NCBI RefSeq assembly: GCF_036971445.1
Contig: NC_091474.1
Span: 123,938,001 to 124,002,000, forward strand
DNA from: Narcine bancroftii
Taxonomy: Eukaryota
Reading direction: 5' to 3'
Length of the DNA stretch: 64,000 nucleotides
Shown here: positions 1-12,469 of the stretch, in pieces
How positions within the stretch are numbered: the stretch's first letter is position 1
Layout of the letters: each line of letters opens with the position of its first letter
Notes under the pieces: model-generated
Databases searched by the model: none
Told to the model about the DNA's origin: nothing
The model's input: the letters and a program-made list of their open reading frames with translations, nothing else
Made by a program: the position numbers and the translations under genes

Positions 1-286
1 AGCTAATTAGAAATGTATGACTTGGTACTTCTGTCCAGGTCTAGGAGACCCTTATCTGATCCAGACTACCTCAACTTCCTACATTCTATTGTACCTTACC
101 ATTCCTTATCTTAGTCTTATGGTCTTGTCACAAAGACTAGAAGATTCTTATGTTAATCGTGCTGACTCTGCTTTCCTGCATCCTAAGCCCCAAGCTTATC
201 CTGTTTGAACTGGTTACAGCCATTTACTGATGAACTTTAGTTTCTTCCATGTTCATAATTTTAGATCAATTTTCCCATCTCTCACA
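1..286 (-). mobile_element. Partial LTR (U3 end) of the class-I ERV family, inserted into a Gypsy element at its gag/pro boundary
   Basis: Ends in CATCTCTCACA (reverse complement TGTGAGAGATG, the start of the LTRs at 5425, 22348 and 48998). Shares U3 motifs such as GAGACCCTTATCT and CTTCCTACATTCTA. Gypsy sequence resumes at 287. Confidence 0.8.
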
Positions 287-3200
287 CGGCCAAGCCAACC
301 ACTGTTCATGGCTCCAACGGTTGGCCACATGAACAGTCTCCTTTACATCACAGACAAATCCATGGGCCGCCGGTTCCTGGTGGACACAGGGCCTGAGCTG
401 AGCACCCTCCCTCCGACAGCACTGGAGACTCGTACCCAGGCCACTGGTCCAACCCTGTGGGCTGCCAATGGCTCTGCAATCAAGACCTATGACATCCGTA
501 GGGCGCAGATACAGATCGGAGAAGAAATGTTCGCATGGAAGTTTGTGCTGGCCTCAGTGTGCACCGCGCTGTTGGGGTCTGACTTGCTGAGGGCTCACGG
601 CCTGTTGGTGGATGTGAGGGGCAGGAGGCTGCTCAACGCCTGCACTTTTCACTCAGTGCGACTGGGTACGGCGACAGTCCCAGAATTTCCCCCAGGGACG
701 AGTATGCCGAGATCCTCAGTGAGTTTCCCACCATCCTGGAGCCACATTTCGAAATTGCTTTCCCCCGACATGGAGTGTTCCACCACATCTCCACACAAGG
801 CCTCATTTTGCATGCCAGAGCTAGACGACTGCCACCGGAGCAATTGAACCAGGCGAAGGAGGAATTCTCCAGGCTCCAGGAGTTGGGCATCATTCAGCGG
901 TCAGACAGTGCTTGGATGGTGCCTCTGCACGTGGTCCCAAAATCATCTGGTGGTTGGAGGCCCTGCGGAGACTACAGGCGGTTGAATGATGCCACGACTC
1001 CAGGCAGGTACCCGGTCCCCCATATCCAGGACTTCACGGCCAACCTCCATGGCGCGCGGTTCTTTTCTAAAGTCAATTTGGTGCAGGGATATCACTAGAT
1101 CCCGGTTCACCCTGATGAAGTTGGAAAGACTGCCATTATCACCCCTTTTGGCTTATTCGAGTTCCTCCGGATGCCGTTCGGGTTGAAGAACACGGCCCAG
1201 ATGTTCCAGCACCTCATGGATGTGGTGGGTAGGGATTTGGACTTTGTCTTTATCTACCTGGATGACATCCTGGTGGGCAGCTGCAGCCACGAAGAGCACA
1301 TGGTCCATCTCCATACCCTGTTCGCCTGTCTTGCAGAGCTCAGCCTCATGGTCAACAGGCCAGTTTTGGAAACAAACATTGCAGTTCCTGGGGCACACCA
1401 TCTCAGCATCTGGGGCAGCTCCGGCACTGGAGAAAGTGGCAGCCATCCAGCATTTCCCCAAACCCTCCACCCTTAAAGGCCTACAAGAATTTGTGGGGAT
1501 GGTAAATTTCTATCATAGATTCATCCCAAACACTGACCGCACCATGCACCCTCTATTCGTGCTGATCCCGGCAAAAGAGAAGACCTTGGCCTGGTCGGAG
1601 GAGGTGATCGAGGCCTTCACTGTGATGAAACAGGCCCTCGATGAGGCGATGCTACTGGTACACCCGCTCCCAGAAGCACACACACCGCTTTCGGTCGACG
1701 TTTCCGCTACGGCAGTCAGGGGAGTACTGGAACAGTGACTGGACGGGCAAACGCACTTGCTGGCCTTTTTCAGTAAGTAGTTTCAGCCGCCAGAACTTAA
1801 ATACAATGTGTTTGACCGGGAGCTCCTGGCGCTGTACCTGGCCATCCACCACTTTTGTTATTTCTTGGAGGGCAGAACTTTTACTGTTTTTACTAATCAT
1901 GAGCCCCTCACTTAAGCACTGGCTAAGGCCAAGGACCCGTGATCAGCCAGGCAACAGCGCCACCTTTCCTATGTGTCCTAATACTCCACAGACATCCGTC
2001 ACAGGGCGGGCAAGGACAATGTGGTCGCGGATGTGCTCTCCCGCCCAGCTATCAACATGTTAGCTCCCAGCCTAGACTACACATGACTAGCGCAGGCCCA
2101 ACAGCACGACACCGAATCACAAGCTCTCCGGACTGCCATCTCGGGTCTGCACCTCAAGGATATCTGGCTTCCTGACTCTGCCCAGTCGCTGCTCTGTGAC
2201 ACCTCCACTGGCTCACCATACCCGGTAATTCCACAGGAGTGGAGGGCAAGGGTCGTCAGCTCCATCCACGATCTCGCCCACCCCTCAATAAAGGCAACCG
2301 TGAGGATGGTGGCGCAATGATTCGTCCAGCATGGACTCAAGAAAGAGGCAGCAGCGTTAACCCGCAACTGCATTAGGTGCCAGGCATCTAAAATTCATAG
2401 GCACACGTAGGTCCCTATTCAACATTTCGACTTGGCAACGTGGAGGTTCCAGGATTCCACGTAGATATTGTGGGCCCCTTGCTGGTGTCCAGAGAGTTGT
2501 GCTACCTGTTTACGAAAGAGGACAGAGCAACGAGATGGCCTGAAGCCATCCTGGTCCACGAGGCATCAGAAGAGAGAGTGCCAGAGCCCTGGTTAGCCAG
2601 TGGATCGATCGTTTTGGCGTGCCGGTGCACATCACGAGCGACAGAGGCACTCAGTTAACCTCCGCGCTATGGACTCAACTGGCGAGGCTTTTAGGGTTAA
2701 CACTTCACCACATCACGGCCTACCACCCACAGTCTAACAGGTTGGTGGAGAGGTTCCACCGGCACTTGAGGTTCGCTCTGATGGCAAGGCTTTCCGGCCC
2801 GGACTGGGTAGACGAGTTGCCCTAGGTCCTCCTTGGGATCAGAACGGTGCCCAAGGAGGAACTGCAAGCCTCGTCAGTAGAGATGGTTTACAGCACCCCA
2901 CCCTCCCTGCCAGGTGAACTTTTGGCCCAGTGGCTGATGCGACGCACAAGGAAGGTGAGCGGCTTACAGATCTCCGCAAAAGACAGACAACCTAATCCCG
3001 CCTTCCCTATCACATCACTTGACCCTACCATCCCATCGACCCAAAAAACTGGATGTGGCATAGTTTTTATTTGTCTGGAGAGGATCACAGGGGGCCGTTG
3101 CAGCACCAATACAAAGGGCCATATAAGGTACTCCAGCGGTCGGGTGGAACTTTCGCCTTAGATGTGGGAGGCAAGGAGGAACTCTTTACTGTGGACCGCT

Positions 3201-3572
3201 TAAAGGCCACTCATTTGGACATCCCAGCTGGTGCAGATGGCCGTGCCCAAGCACTGGGGCGACCGCCAAAGCAGCAGGACGCATAACCAGTTCTGGGGGG
3301 TGTTGTGTGGTGGTGCACATCCTCATGGCGAACCGGTCTCACGTGTATCGCTATGTGGTGGGGCAGCCATGGGGAGATAGAGTTGTTAGGGTTTCTCTCT
3401 GACGCCAGCCTCCCTTCCAGCACACCCCATGGGCAGCAATTATGATGTCACCACACACGTGGTGACTGAGCCCGAGCTGGCCTTAAAGGGGCCGCGCTGA
3501 ATTTGAATATACAGTCATTAACGATCTTTGTTGTGGTGACTGCATTTTTCTCCAGCTCCTCACAGTGCCACA
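287..3572 (+). mobile_element. pol: Degenerate Ty3/Gypsy LTR retrotransposon (pro-RT-RNaseH-integrase plus 3' LTR 3306-3572)
   Basis: Broken ORFs with FLVDTG (protease), WRPCGDYRRLN, MPFGLKN and YLDDILV (RT), HVDIVGPL and ITSDRGTQ...VERFHR (integrase), and YKGPY. G-rich PPT near 3295, then LTR TGTGG...CCACA. Many stops and frameshifts. Same family as 42493-46595. Confidence 0.92.
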
Positions 3573-5424
3573 GGACCACCTTGGCATGACATGCTAGACC
3601 AGTATTTGCTTGGGGCTGTTCTGGGTGGGACCCATCAATTTCTGGCCTTCTCTGGCCTCCAGGGTTCTATGTGCTGGGCTGCTTGTCGCAGTTACTGGTC
3701 TACCTCTTTCACTCAGCCCAAGGGGTTGGATTGCTGTGGCTGGCCACGGCAGGTCTGGTTCTACCTTCTGGCTGTGAGGTAATTCATGGACTTAGGCATC
3801 AGACAGTGGCTGCATTGGTTAATGTGTTGTTTCCACCATCTGTCTCCCACTAGAACAGAGAATGAGCAGGGGCTCAACTACCACCTTTGTGACTTTGTAT
3901 TGTCTGTAATCTTGTGCCATTATTCTCTGGGCCACCTCAAGTGTTCTAGGTAAGATTTGTGGCAATGTGGATTTTTCTAAACAGAGGCTCAGGTCAGCGT
4001 GAGCCGAGGACAGTCTTGTCTGCAGGTTGCAGCCAAACATCAATTCTGGTGGGGTGTGTTTTGTGGTAGAATGCAGTCTGTTTCTGTACCCCATAAGGAA
4101 ATCTGCAATTCTGTGAGTGCAGGAGGCATTTAGGAGTTTCTTGGTTTTTATCACCTTTTTGAATGTTTGTACAAAGTGTTCTGCATCTCCATTAGTACTT
4201 GTGTGATAGGGTAATAAACAAAATATGTCTGATATTGTTGTTGGACATAAATTTCTTAAAAGGTTTTGATGTAAATCGGGGTACATTGTCCATGACTAAT
4301 TCATGAGGTAATCCATATGTGGCAAACATGATCCATAGACAGTCAATTGTAGAATCAGTTTTGGTGTTTTTCTCCCATGAATGGCCCCGTGAAATCTATG
4401 TGAATCCGATGCCAGTCACTGGAAGGCCATTTCCATGGGTTGGCCTCAGCCTGTGGCATTTTTGGCTGCATTGACTGACATATTTTGCATTCTCTCACTG
4501 TTGTTTCAATGTTTCTGTCTATTGATGGCCACCAAACGTGCATCCAGGCCAACACTTTCATTCATAACATTTCTGGATGGTTGTGGTGCAGCTCTGATAA
4601 TATGGTGTCTTGCCATTTTGCCTGGATAATTGTATGGATACCCCAAAGTAAACATCCTTTTTCAACTGTTGGCCTGTGAAGTAAGCTTTCAGGTCTTCTG
4701 GTATGACCTCAGATTCTGGCAATCCATTAAGGGTGAAGTATAAGACTTGACTTAACGTTGCCTCCTTTCGGGTTTCATTGCTGACCATCTGGGGTGTAAG
4801 TTGTAGCTGTTCTTGGTTGAGAGCTGCTGCTTCTGCTGTCCATTTAATAATTTGTTCTTATTGTTCAGTTTCAGGTAGTGGTAAATGTGATAAGGCATCC
4901 ACATGGCTATTGAGTGTTCCCAGTTCCTTGTAGTTGCACGTGGCTAGTAGCATGGCCCATCTTTGAATTCTGGCTGTAGCTAATATTGGTATCCCAATAT
5001 TTGTGGGGGTCCAGAATCAAACATAAAAGTTTGCTCTCAGAGATTAGGGTTAAGTTCTTCCATAGAGATATTGGTGGAATCTTTTTTACACCAAAAATTA
5101 TTGCTAATTCTTCTTTATCCAGATGTGCATAATTGCATTTGTTTGCAGTTAATGTCCGTGAAGCATATGCCACTGGTTGCTCACTATTTTCTGCTCCCAG
5201 TCCTACTGATGAAGCATCAATGGCTAGAGTCACTTCCTTCTTTGAGTCATAGTGGATCAGCACCTCATTGTTGACATTAATATTTCTTTTAGTCGATCGA
5301 CTGTGTTTTTTGTTTCCGTATTCCAGTACCATTTTTGATCTTTCTCGAGTTTAGGGGGGGTGCATAGAGTAGACATGTTAGGGATATGTTTCCAATAGTG
5401 ATTTATAAGCCGTAGAAAGGACAG

Positions 5425-6124
5425 TGTGAGAGATGAGTAAAACTGATATAAAATATGAATATGAGGAAACTAATACAGATATATGGGTAAATGAATAAAG
5501 CCAGTATGAACAGGATAAGAAATGGATATTAGAATGTAGGAAGCAGAGTCAGTCTGAGTAAGATAAGAATCTTCTAGCCTTTAGACAGAATCAGCAAGTT
5601 CACCGTATGTATGAGATAAGGATAGACAATAGATAATAGAATGTAGGAAGTAGAGTTAGTCTGAATAAGATAAGGGTCTCCTAGCCCTAGACAGAATTAC
5701 CAAGTTCTGCATATGAAATTAGTAAGCCCTAGACAGTATTAGTAAGTTCTGCATATGAAGAGGCTGTAGCCCTGAGAGTTGGGAAGGTGTAAATTAGAAC
5801 AAAGACAGGTTTGTGAAAAGGACAATGAGGATAATGACATGATGATACACCGACAGGATACCCCCTGGTCCTCCAAGTTCACAGAAACAGCACGTAGGCA
5901 GGCAGGATTGCCTAATGCCAAACCTATCCAGGAGGCAGAAGAATGTAAGGGGGAGGGTATTCGTATACTGAAATAAACTGTATAAAAGTTGGGTGAGACC
6001 CAGAGTATGTGTGTATTCCCAGGGTAAGGGGAAGCACCCAATTTTGCATTGTTGTATAATAAATGTTCTTTGTTCTCAATTTTTGTCTCGAGCAATTTCT
6101 GTGAAGGTACTTCTATTTCTAACA
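5425..6124 (+). mobile_element. Solo LTR of the class-I ERV family (700 bp variant)
   Basis: TG...CA ends, 4-bp TSD ACAG (5421-5424 / 6125-6128), TATAAAA near 5981 and AATAAA near 6058. Homologous to the proviral LTRs at 22348 and 27808. Confidence 0.93.
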
Positions 6125-6214
6125 ACAGTAATTCTGACTCGTTGGTTGGATATGGGGCTTTGCAAATGGCTTCTGTGGCTGCTGGATTCATTCACATGCC
6201 CTCTTTGTCAATTG

Positions 6215-7212
6215 TGTTACGAGCCCAGATGACCCATAAACCCAGCAGCAATAGATATTCACCAAGACAAATGATTACTTAAACAAAAGCTGCTTTTAAT
6301 TATCTTTAAACATGTAAATAGAATCAAACTTGAACTTATCATTATTGACTTAACTAACCTAACCACCCCCTACTAACTCCAAGCACATGTGTATGTAATG
6401 TGTGTGTAATTTCAGAAAAGTTCTTTGTTTCACAGTCCAGTCTCACTTCTCATTCTCCAAGTTCACTGGTTGCAGGCAATTCTTATACTGTGCACAAAAT
6501 TTAACACTTAGAAAGTTCACCAGGCTTTGTTACTTGAAATGTAAATGGTTACTGCTCAGGAGGGTTCTTCTCACTTTTCAGAGAGGGATTTATTATTCCA
6601 GGACATCCACAACTGATGTACTTCCATCAGTCACCACAGTGTACTGCTGATGAAACTTGCCTCTTCAGATGATAACCTCTTTCTTTCAGATCATCACATA
6701 GTTCCTTTTTGTTTCACTTATTCCAAGTGGAACATTAGACAGCCAGTCCTCTCCTCTTGAATGAGCCACAATTGTTTTGACAGGCTGAAATAAGCATTCA
6801 CAACCCATCTTCCAAATTGGGTTCTCCACAAGCTTGCCAGCTTGTCCTGTTCCAGTCCCAGTTGCTGCTGCTGACTGTAAAACTGCAGAACCCTCTGTCA
6901 CTGTCTCTCTCAAACCTGTTTGACTATCTCTGTTTGTATAACCACATGACTCTCCTAACAGCAATTCCACACCTGACAGTATGCGGCTCCAACAAGTTCT
7001 TTCATCTGTTGCCTTTTTTGTAAACAACAATTCATTAGTGAAGTTTTGGGTACTCTCTAAAGCTTCTGCAAAGTCTCTGGGGCTAACATGTCTTACATGA
7101 GCAGAGCTCCAGTATTTTAAATAAGATCTGTTTTAAAGTGTATGTATGTACCCTACTCTAACAAACCTTACCCAATTTATCTCCTAAAAACATATCTGTA
7201 TACTCTGTCACA
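6215..7212 (-). mobile_element. Solo LTR of a second family (about 1 kb)
   Basis: TG...CA ends with 4-bp TSD ATTG (6211-6214 / 7213-7216). Reverse-complement homolog at 13952-15443. Strand assignment is inferred. Confidence 0.82.
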
Positions 7213-8032
7213 ATTGTAATTCCCAAGTATGTCACTGAGGGCAGCATGAAGACACGTTTATACTGTCATAATCGTACATTGGCCTGTTGTAGTCTGCTTA
7301 GGATCTTTTCAATGTTTTGTGTATTCTCTGTCATTTCAGCCGATGATGATGATATCTTCAAAGTAACATCCCACTGGTATTCCATGTAGTCATTTGTCCA
7401 TTGTAGTTTGAAAAATTGCAGGTGTTGCTGAGATTCCATATAGCATGCATGTATAGGTGAACAATCCCATTTGGGTATTGATTGTCACATATAGTCTTGA
7501 TTCTTTATCCAACTCTATTTTTTGGTATGCCTGTGACAAATCTATTTTTGTGAACTTTTGCCCTCCATTTAGTGCTTGTAATAGTTCTTCTGCTTTGGCC
7601 AAGGGGTGTTCTGGTACTTATAGTGCCTGTTTTATGTTGACTTTGTAAGTGCCACAAATGCAAATCTCACCATTTGATTTCTGAACACGCTGCCCAATCA
7701 CTGTATTTCTATTGGTCCTAATATATCTTCATCTTTTCATCTATTTAACTCAGCTTCACTTATGCCTTTGTTTGCAAATGGGACTGTCCTGGCTTTGATG
7801 AACTTTGGTTCCACATTCTCTGGAGTGTGGCTTGAACCTCTTTGATCTTCCCCAATCCTTGTTGGGAGGCCACGGTGTGTTTGTTGAGAATTTGGTTGAG
7901 TTCATGCTGAGTGTTCTCTTTGTGGTTTACAGTCAGTATTGAACTGATCTCCAGCCAGTCTAGGAGAATGTGTTGTAGCCAGTTCCTTCCGAAAGTGTTG
8001 ATCGCTGTTTATCTATGATGTAGAGGGATAGT

Positions 8033-8828
8033 TTACCTATCTCGGCTGCACCATTTCATCAGATGCAAGGATCGACAACGAGATAGACAACAGACTCGCC
8101 AAGGCAAATAGCGCCTTTGGAAGACTACACAAAAGAGTCTGGAAAAACAACCAACTGAAAAACCTCACAAAGATAAGCGTATACAGAGCCGTTGTCATAC
8201 CCACACTCCTGTTCGGCTCCGAATCATGGGTCCTCTACCGGCATCACCTACAGCTCCTAGAACGCTTCCACCAGCGTTGTCTCCGCTCCATCCTCAACAT
8301 TCATTGGAGCGCTTTCATCCCTAACGTCGAAGTACTCGAGATGGCAGAGGTCGACAGCATCGAGTCCATGCTGCTGAAGATCCAGCTGCGCTGGGTGGGT
8401 CATGTCTCCAGAATGGAGGACCATCGCCTTCCCAAGATCGTGTTATATGGCGAGCTCTCCACTGGCCACCGTGACAGAGGTGCACCAAAGAAAAGGTACA
8501 AGGACTGCCTAAAGAAATCTCTTGGAGCCTGCCACATTGACCACCGCCAGTGGGCTGATATCGCCTCAAACCGTGCATCTTGGCGCCTCACAGTTTGGCG
8601 GGCAGCAACCTCCTTTGAAGAAGACCGCAGAGCCCACCTCACTGACAAAAGGCAAAGGAGGAAAAACCCAACACCCAACCCCAACCAACCAATTTTCCCC
8701 TGCAACCGATGCAACCGTGTCTGCCTGTCCCGCATCGGACTTGTCAGCCACAAACGAGCCTGCAGCTGACGTGGACATTTACCCCCTCCATAAATCTTCG
8801 TCCGCGAAGCCAAGCCAAAGAAAAGAAA
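8033..8828 (+). mobile_element. 5'-truncated RTE-clade LINE (3' end of ORF and tail)
   Basis: FTYLG...ANSAFGRL...QLRWVGHVSRMEDHRLPK...CNRCNR...SRIGLVSHKRAC, followed by an A-rich tail. Near-identical to the copy at 24591-25265. Confidence 0.92.
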
Positions 8829-8844
8829 AGGGATAATGTTTTTG

Positions 8845-9126
8845 TTGCCCATTCAGAGCCAGCTCTTCAGCGCTTGATGTCCTGTTTTGCGGAAACTGCC
8901 AAAATGTTTGGCCTGGAAGTCAGCCTGAAGAAAACGGAGGTCCTCCATCAGCCAGCTCCCCACCATGACTACCAGCCCCCCCACATCTCCATCGGGCACA
9001 CAAAACTCAAAACGGTCAACCAGTTTACCTATCTCGGCTGCACCATTTCATCGGATGCAAGGATCGACAACGAGATAGACAACAGACTCGCCAAGCCAAA
9101 TGGTGCCAAGCCAAAAAAAGAAAGAG
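8845..9126 (+). mobile_element. Second, internally deleted RTE LINE insertion
   Basis: VAHSEPALQRLMSCF...KKTEVL...FTYLG...NRLAK then a jump to the terminal GCCAAGCC-A-rich tail. Flanked by AGGGATA(A/G)TGTTTTTG (8829-8844 / 9127-9142). Confidence 0.85.
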
Positions 9127-10529
9127 AGGGATAGTGTTTTTGGTTGTTGTGGCTTGTATTGCATCTTGACCATACATTTCACAAACACTTTGGTTTTGTC
9201 TCCAGAAGGTGTGGTAGCAAGCGTTGCTTTAAATGTAATGGCATTAGAGACACTGGAGCTCCTGTATCGAGTTCCAATTTCAGAGGTTCATTATTTATTT
9301 TTAGTTGAATATAAATCACTGTGCTTTTTTTGTTTATCTTTCAGATATGTGAGACTATAGATGTTGTTTTGTTGTTGTTTGGGCTGTTCTCTCTCTCTGC
9401 TAGAGCTTTGGCCTCGGTTGGGTGTTTATCAGCATTATGTCCAGTTGCGTTTTACTGTTTCTTTAATTGGACATTTTGCTTTGACAGTTCTAAAAGCAAT
9501 CTCGAGAGTTACTTCATCATCCATTGCCAGTAATTTTTGCTTTGCCTGGCAATCTGCCCACCCCATCACCAATCGGTCTCAATGTGCTTGGGTCAGAAAC
9601 TTCTCGAAGTGACAGTGGGTGGACAGTTTACGCACTGGTGCCAGGTATTAACTTACTGCTTCCCCAGGGATTTCTTCCTTTTATAGAATCGTTGCCTTTC
9701 TGCCATAACCAATGGTCTGAGGCTTAAGTGGCTCCCCAGAACTGTGCATAATTCGATGTATGTCTTCATCCCTGGGTCTGGGGAAAGCAAAGTTTTAAGG
9801 AGATCGAATGTTTGCTGCCCATTATACTGAGTAATAGAGGACTTCTTCAGTTTACTGGGTTTTCAATAATATTATGGGCTACGTGGGAGTGGTTAAACCA
9901 TTCTACATAATTATACCTTTTTTCTGCTTCATTGAATTCTCCAAACTTTCCCTCCACCATCTTGGCACGCTTTTGCTTTGATCTTTTGTCAGGAACTTGT
10001 GGAGGTTGTCAGGTTGTCAACTTTTATCTTTATGCTTTTGCTTCCCCCGATTGGTGCATGGAGTACACGTAAGTTTCGTTACGTTCCTCGTCACCGCTGT
10101 TGTGTATGCACTTACACAATTAGGACTTGGAGACATGGGGGTTTTTCATTTTTTAATACCATCAGACTAACATAGGTATCGACATACCGACATGGATAGG
10201 TACTATGATAATGAACAGCAGGGCTGACTTTACACAACACTCACTGGGTTACGACTTTTCGAGGACTATTTTTATTTATACAAAATGTTTACACTCGATA
10301 CTGCTGCAAAACCACTAAGTGTGTGACTTGTTCATGACAATAAATTCTGATTCAGCATACAGACTCATCCCCTCAATCAGCCTTGTAGGTTCGAAAGCTT
10401 GTAATTTCCCTTCCTAGGTGTAAATTCCTCGATCACATCTTTCCACAACCTTCTCTGTACCAAGGAGAGAAACAATGATTTTTCCCAGAGGACTCTTCCA
10501 ACTCCCTGTTACTGGCGGCGGTCGGGGTC

Positions 10530-10670
10530 TGTGATTGGTGGCTGTGACATATCCAATGAAATGTTTAGAGGAAACTCTTTCTGTTCATTCGTCCAAATCG
10601 ACCAATGATACTCGTTGCCATGCCAATTCCCTCATTAGCATAGCAGGATAGCACTACCTTTTTAAACCGC
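10530..10670 (+). promoter_or_regulatory. H2B promoter (CCAAT boxes, octamer-like ATTAGCAT, degenerate TATA)
   Basis: GATTGG near 10533, CCAAT near 10553 and 10602, ATTAGCAT near 10634. The same layout with TATTTAAA precedes the other three H2B copies, and an octamer next to TATA is typical of vertebrate H2B promoters. Confidence 0.7.
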
Positions 10671-10718
10671 ACTTGTTCCTGTTTCAACTTATTTTTGGGT
10701 GTGAAATCGAGAAAAGAA

Positions 10719-11090
10719 ATGCCTGGATCGAAAGCAGCGCCCAAGAAGGGCGCCAAGAAAGCGGTGTCTAAGCCAACTGGCAAAGGCGGCAAGAGGCGCA
10801 GAAGGTCGAGGAAGGAGAGTTATGCCATCTACATCTACAAAGTGCTGAAGCAGGTTCACCCCGACACTGGGGTCTCCTCCAAGGCCATGAGCATCATGAA
10901 CTCGTTCGTCAACGATATTTTCGAACGCATCGCGGGCGAAGCTTCCCGCCTGGCCCATTACAACAAGAGATCGACCATCAGCTCCCGGGAGATCCAGACC
11001 GCCGTGCGCCTGCTGCTGCCCGGGGAATTGGCCAAACACGCCGTGTCGGAGGGGACAAAGGCGGTGACCAAGTACACCAGCTCCAAGTAA
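10719..11090 (+). CDS. H2B: Histone H2B, replication-dependent (123 aa, PGSKAAP N-tail type)
   Basis: Intact intronless ORF with [19 protein letters not shown]...[22 protein letters not shown]. The ATG is at 10719; the ORF track starts at an upstream TTG. Confidence 0.97.
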   Translation: MPGSKAAPKKGAKKAVSKPTGKGGKRRRRSRKESYAIYIYKVLKQVHPDTGVSSKAMSIMNSFVNDIFERIAGEASRLAHYNKRSTISSREIQTAVRLLLPGELAKHAVSEGTKAVTKYTSSK

Positions 11091-11129
11091 AGCCCCCACC
11101 AAGTGCCGACGACTCGAACCGAAAACAAC

Positions 11130-11145
11130 GGCTCTTTTAAGAGCC
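11130..11145 (+). terminator. Histone mRNA 3' stem-loop
   Basis: GGCTCTTTTAAGAGCC followed by a purine-rich HDE-like AAAGGAG near 11161. Confidence 0.95.
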
Positions 11146-12469
11146 ACTTCCAGTCTCATTAAAGGAGTTCTCCGAATCCCCCTGCGTGGAATTGGAGCAG
11201 AATGGGCTCTGGTTCTATTTGTTTCCGGGTTTGTGGAATTGCCGACGTGTTTGGGAGGTTGGTGTCACTGGCGATCTCATCCTCGTATCGCTCCTGTTTT
11301 CCTGCCCGCTGGACTGACGGTAAATTAACCCTCTACAGCAGTTGGTCTGATTTTGAAATACTTTACCCACGTTTTTACAACCAGAGCCGATTAATGCAAC
11401 TAAAAGTTGTTGATAACGTTATTAATTGTTGTGTTGGTGACATTTTAACTGGATTTCCCCGTATTGTAACAGCTGATCAGATTTCTACTCGGGAACATTA
11501 TTGGATTGAACCCGAGAGTCTGTAGGTGCTGTTATTGCATTAAAAACATGAACCCGTTGGAGTAATACAGCAGGTCTCGCAGCGTTCACAGCAGGTAAAG
11601 GTATAACCAACATTACAGGCTTGAGTCCTTCAATATGCGAGTAAAAAGCAGGCAATGACTTGGCGCTGCCGTCTCGGATCCGCCTGCAGTTTGTAAACAG
11701 TGTCCCGTCCATAACGCGATGCTGTTTACATCAAATTCCCCCACTGTTAAGGTGTGAATCGGCATTATTCCCATCGGTTGAAAGAAGCGGAATATTAAAT
11801 TACCGATCCCGGATCTGTGAATGAATTCTCCCGCGGTCTGTCTTACAAGCGCCGAGTTGGGGTTTCAAATAATTTTCTTGCGGTCTTTTCCAATGACAGT
11901 TTGGGAATTGAAGCTGTGACTTGGCGACTGTTCATTGATGTAGTCGCTCAGAAAGGACGTGGGGGCGGGATGATGCGATCATTTTCCGGAGAAATTGTGT
12001 GGAAGGCGAGAAGGAGAGGAATGGGCTGTGGGCAGCCAGGTCTGAAGCGGGCCGGAGGGACAATTTGTGGAAGGGCGAACGCCAGCTGAGGGTGTGCGGG
12101 GCATTTGTGTTTCGTGGATTTGTGTCCCCCCTCCCCCAATCTCTTTGTAGCGCAGAATTACCTTTACCTGCCCTTCTCATATTTCTGCTCCACCACCTTC
12201 CTTCGCCTTAATTAAACCGACCTTTGTTTCTTCCTTCCTCCAGCCCATTCTTCTCCTTTTCCCCTTGTGATAGTTGTGGGTGTCTTGGGTGGTGTTTTAC
12301 AACTGAAACTTTATGGAAATATGAGATCCTTTTAGACAGCCACATGGATGAAAGAAATAGAGGGTTACGAAGCCAGAAGGGTTTAGTATTTTTTTGGTTG
12401 GAATATATGTCGTTCGACGCCACATCAAGGGCTTATACTGCGCTGTCGTGTTCGATGTTCAATTAGCCC

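Larger units (their letters stand above)
3573..10239 (-). mobile_element. pol: Degenerate Gypsy (Mag/K02A2.6-like) element interrupted by two solo LTRs and RTE insertions; 5' LTR about 10098-10239
   Basis: Minus-strand fragments: HIDFTGPF and YHTSTNGDAEHFVQTFK (integrase), LAIDASSVGLGA...PVAYASRTL (RNase H), KIDLSQAYQ...YGISATPAIFQ (RT). Short LTR with inverted ends TGTTGTGTA/TACACAACA and a degenerate tRNA-Ser-type PBS (GGTGACGAGG) near 10086-10095. Confidence 0.85.

Noticed and set aside
5739-6191. Recurrent ORF 'LETKIENKEHLLYNNAKLGASPYPG' (also near 22504, 27958, 48982, 56734, 62260)
   Set aside because: Antisense reading of LTR R/U5. It recurs only because the LTR is repeated, and lengths and frames are inconsistent between copies.
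10695-10718. 8-aa N-terminal extension of H2B in the ORF track (also 40517-40540)
   Set aside because: It starts at TTG in the 5' UTR; the true ATG aligns with the other H2B copies.
10689-11159. Long antisense ORFs over H2B/H4 genes and over RTE copies
   Set aside because: Shadow ORFs expected from GC-rich codon usage on the opposite strand; no independent motifs.
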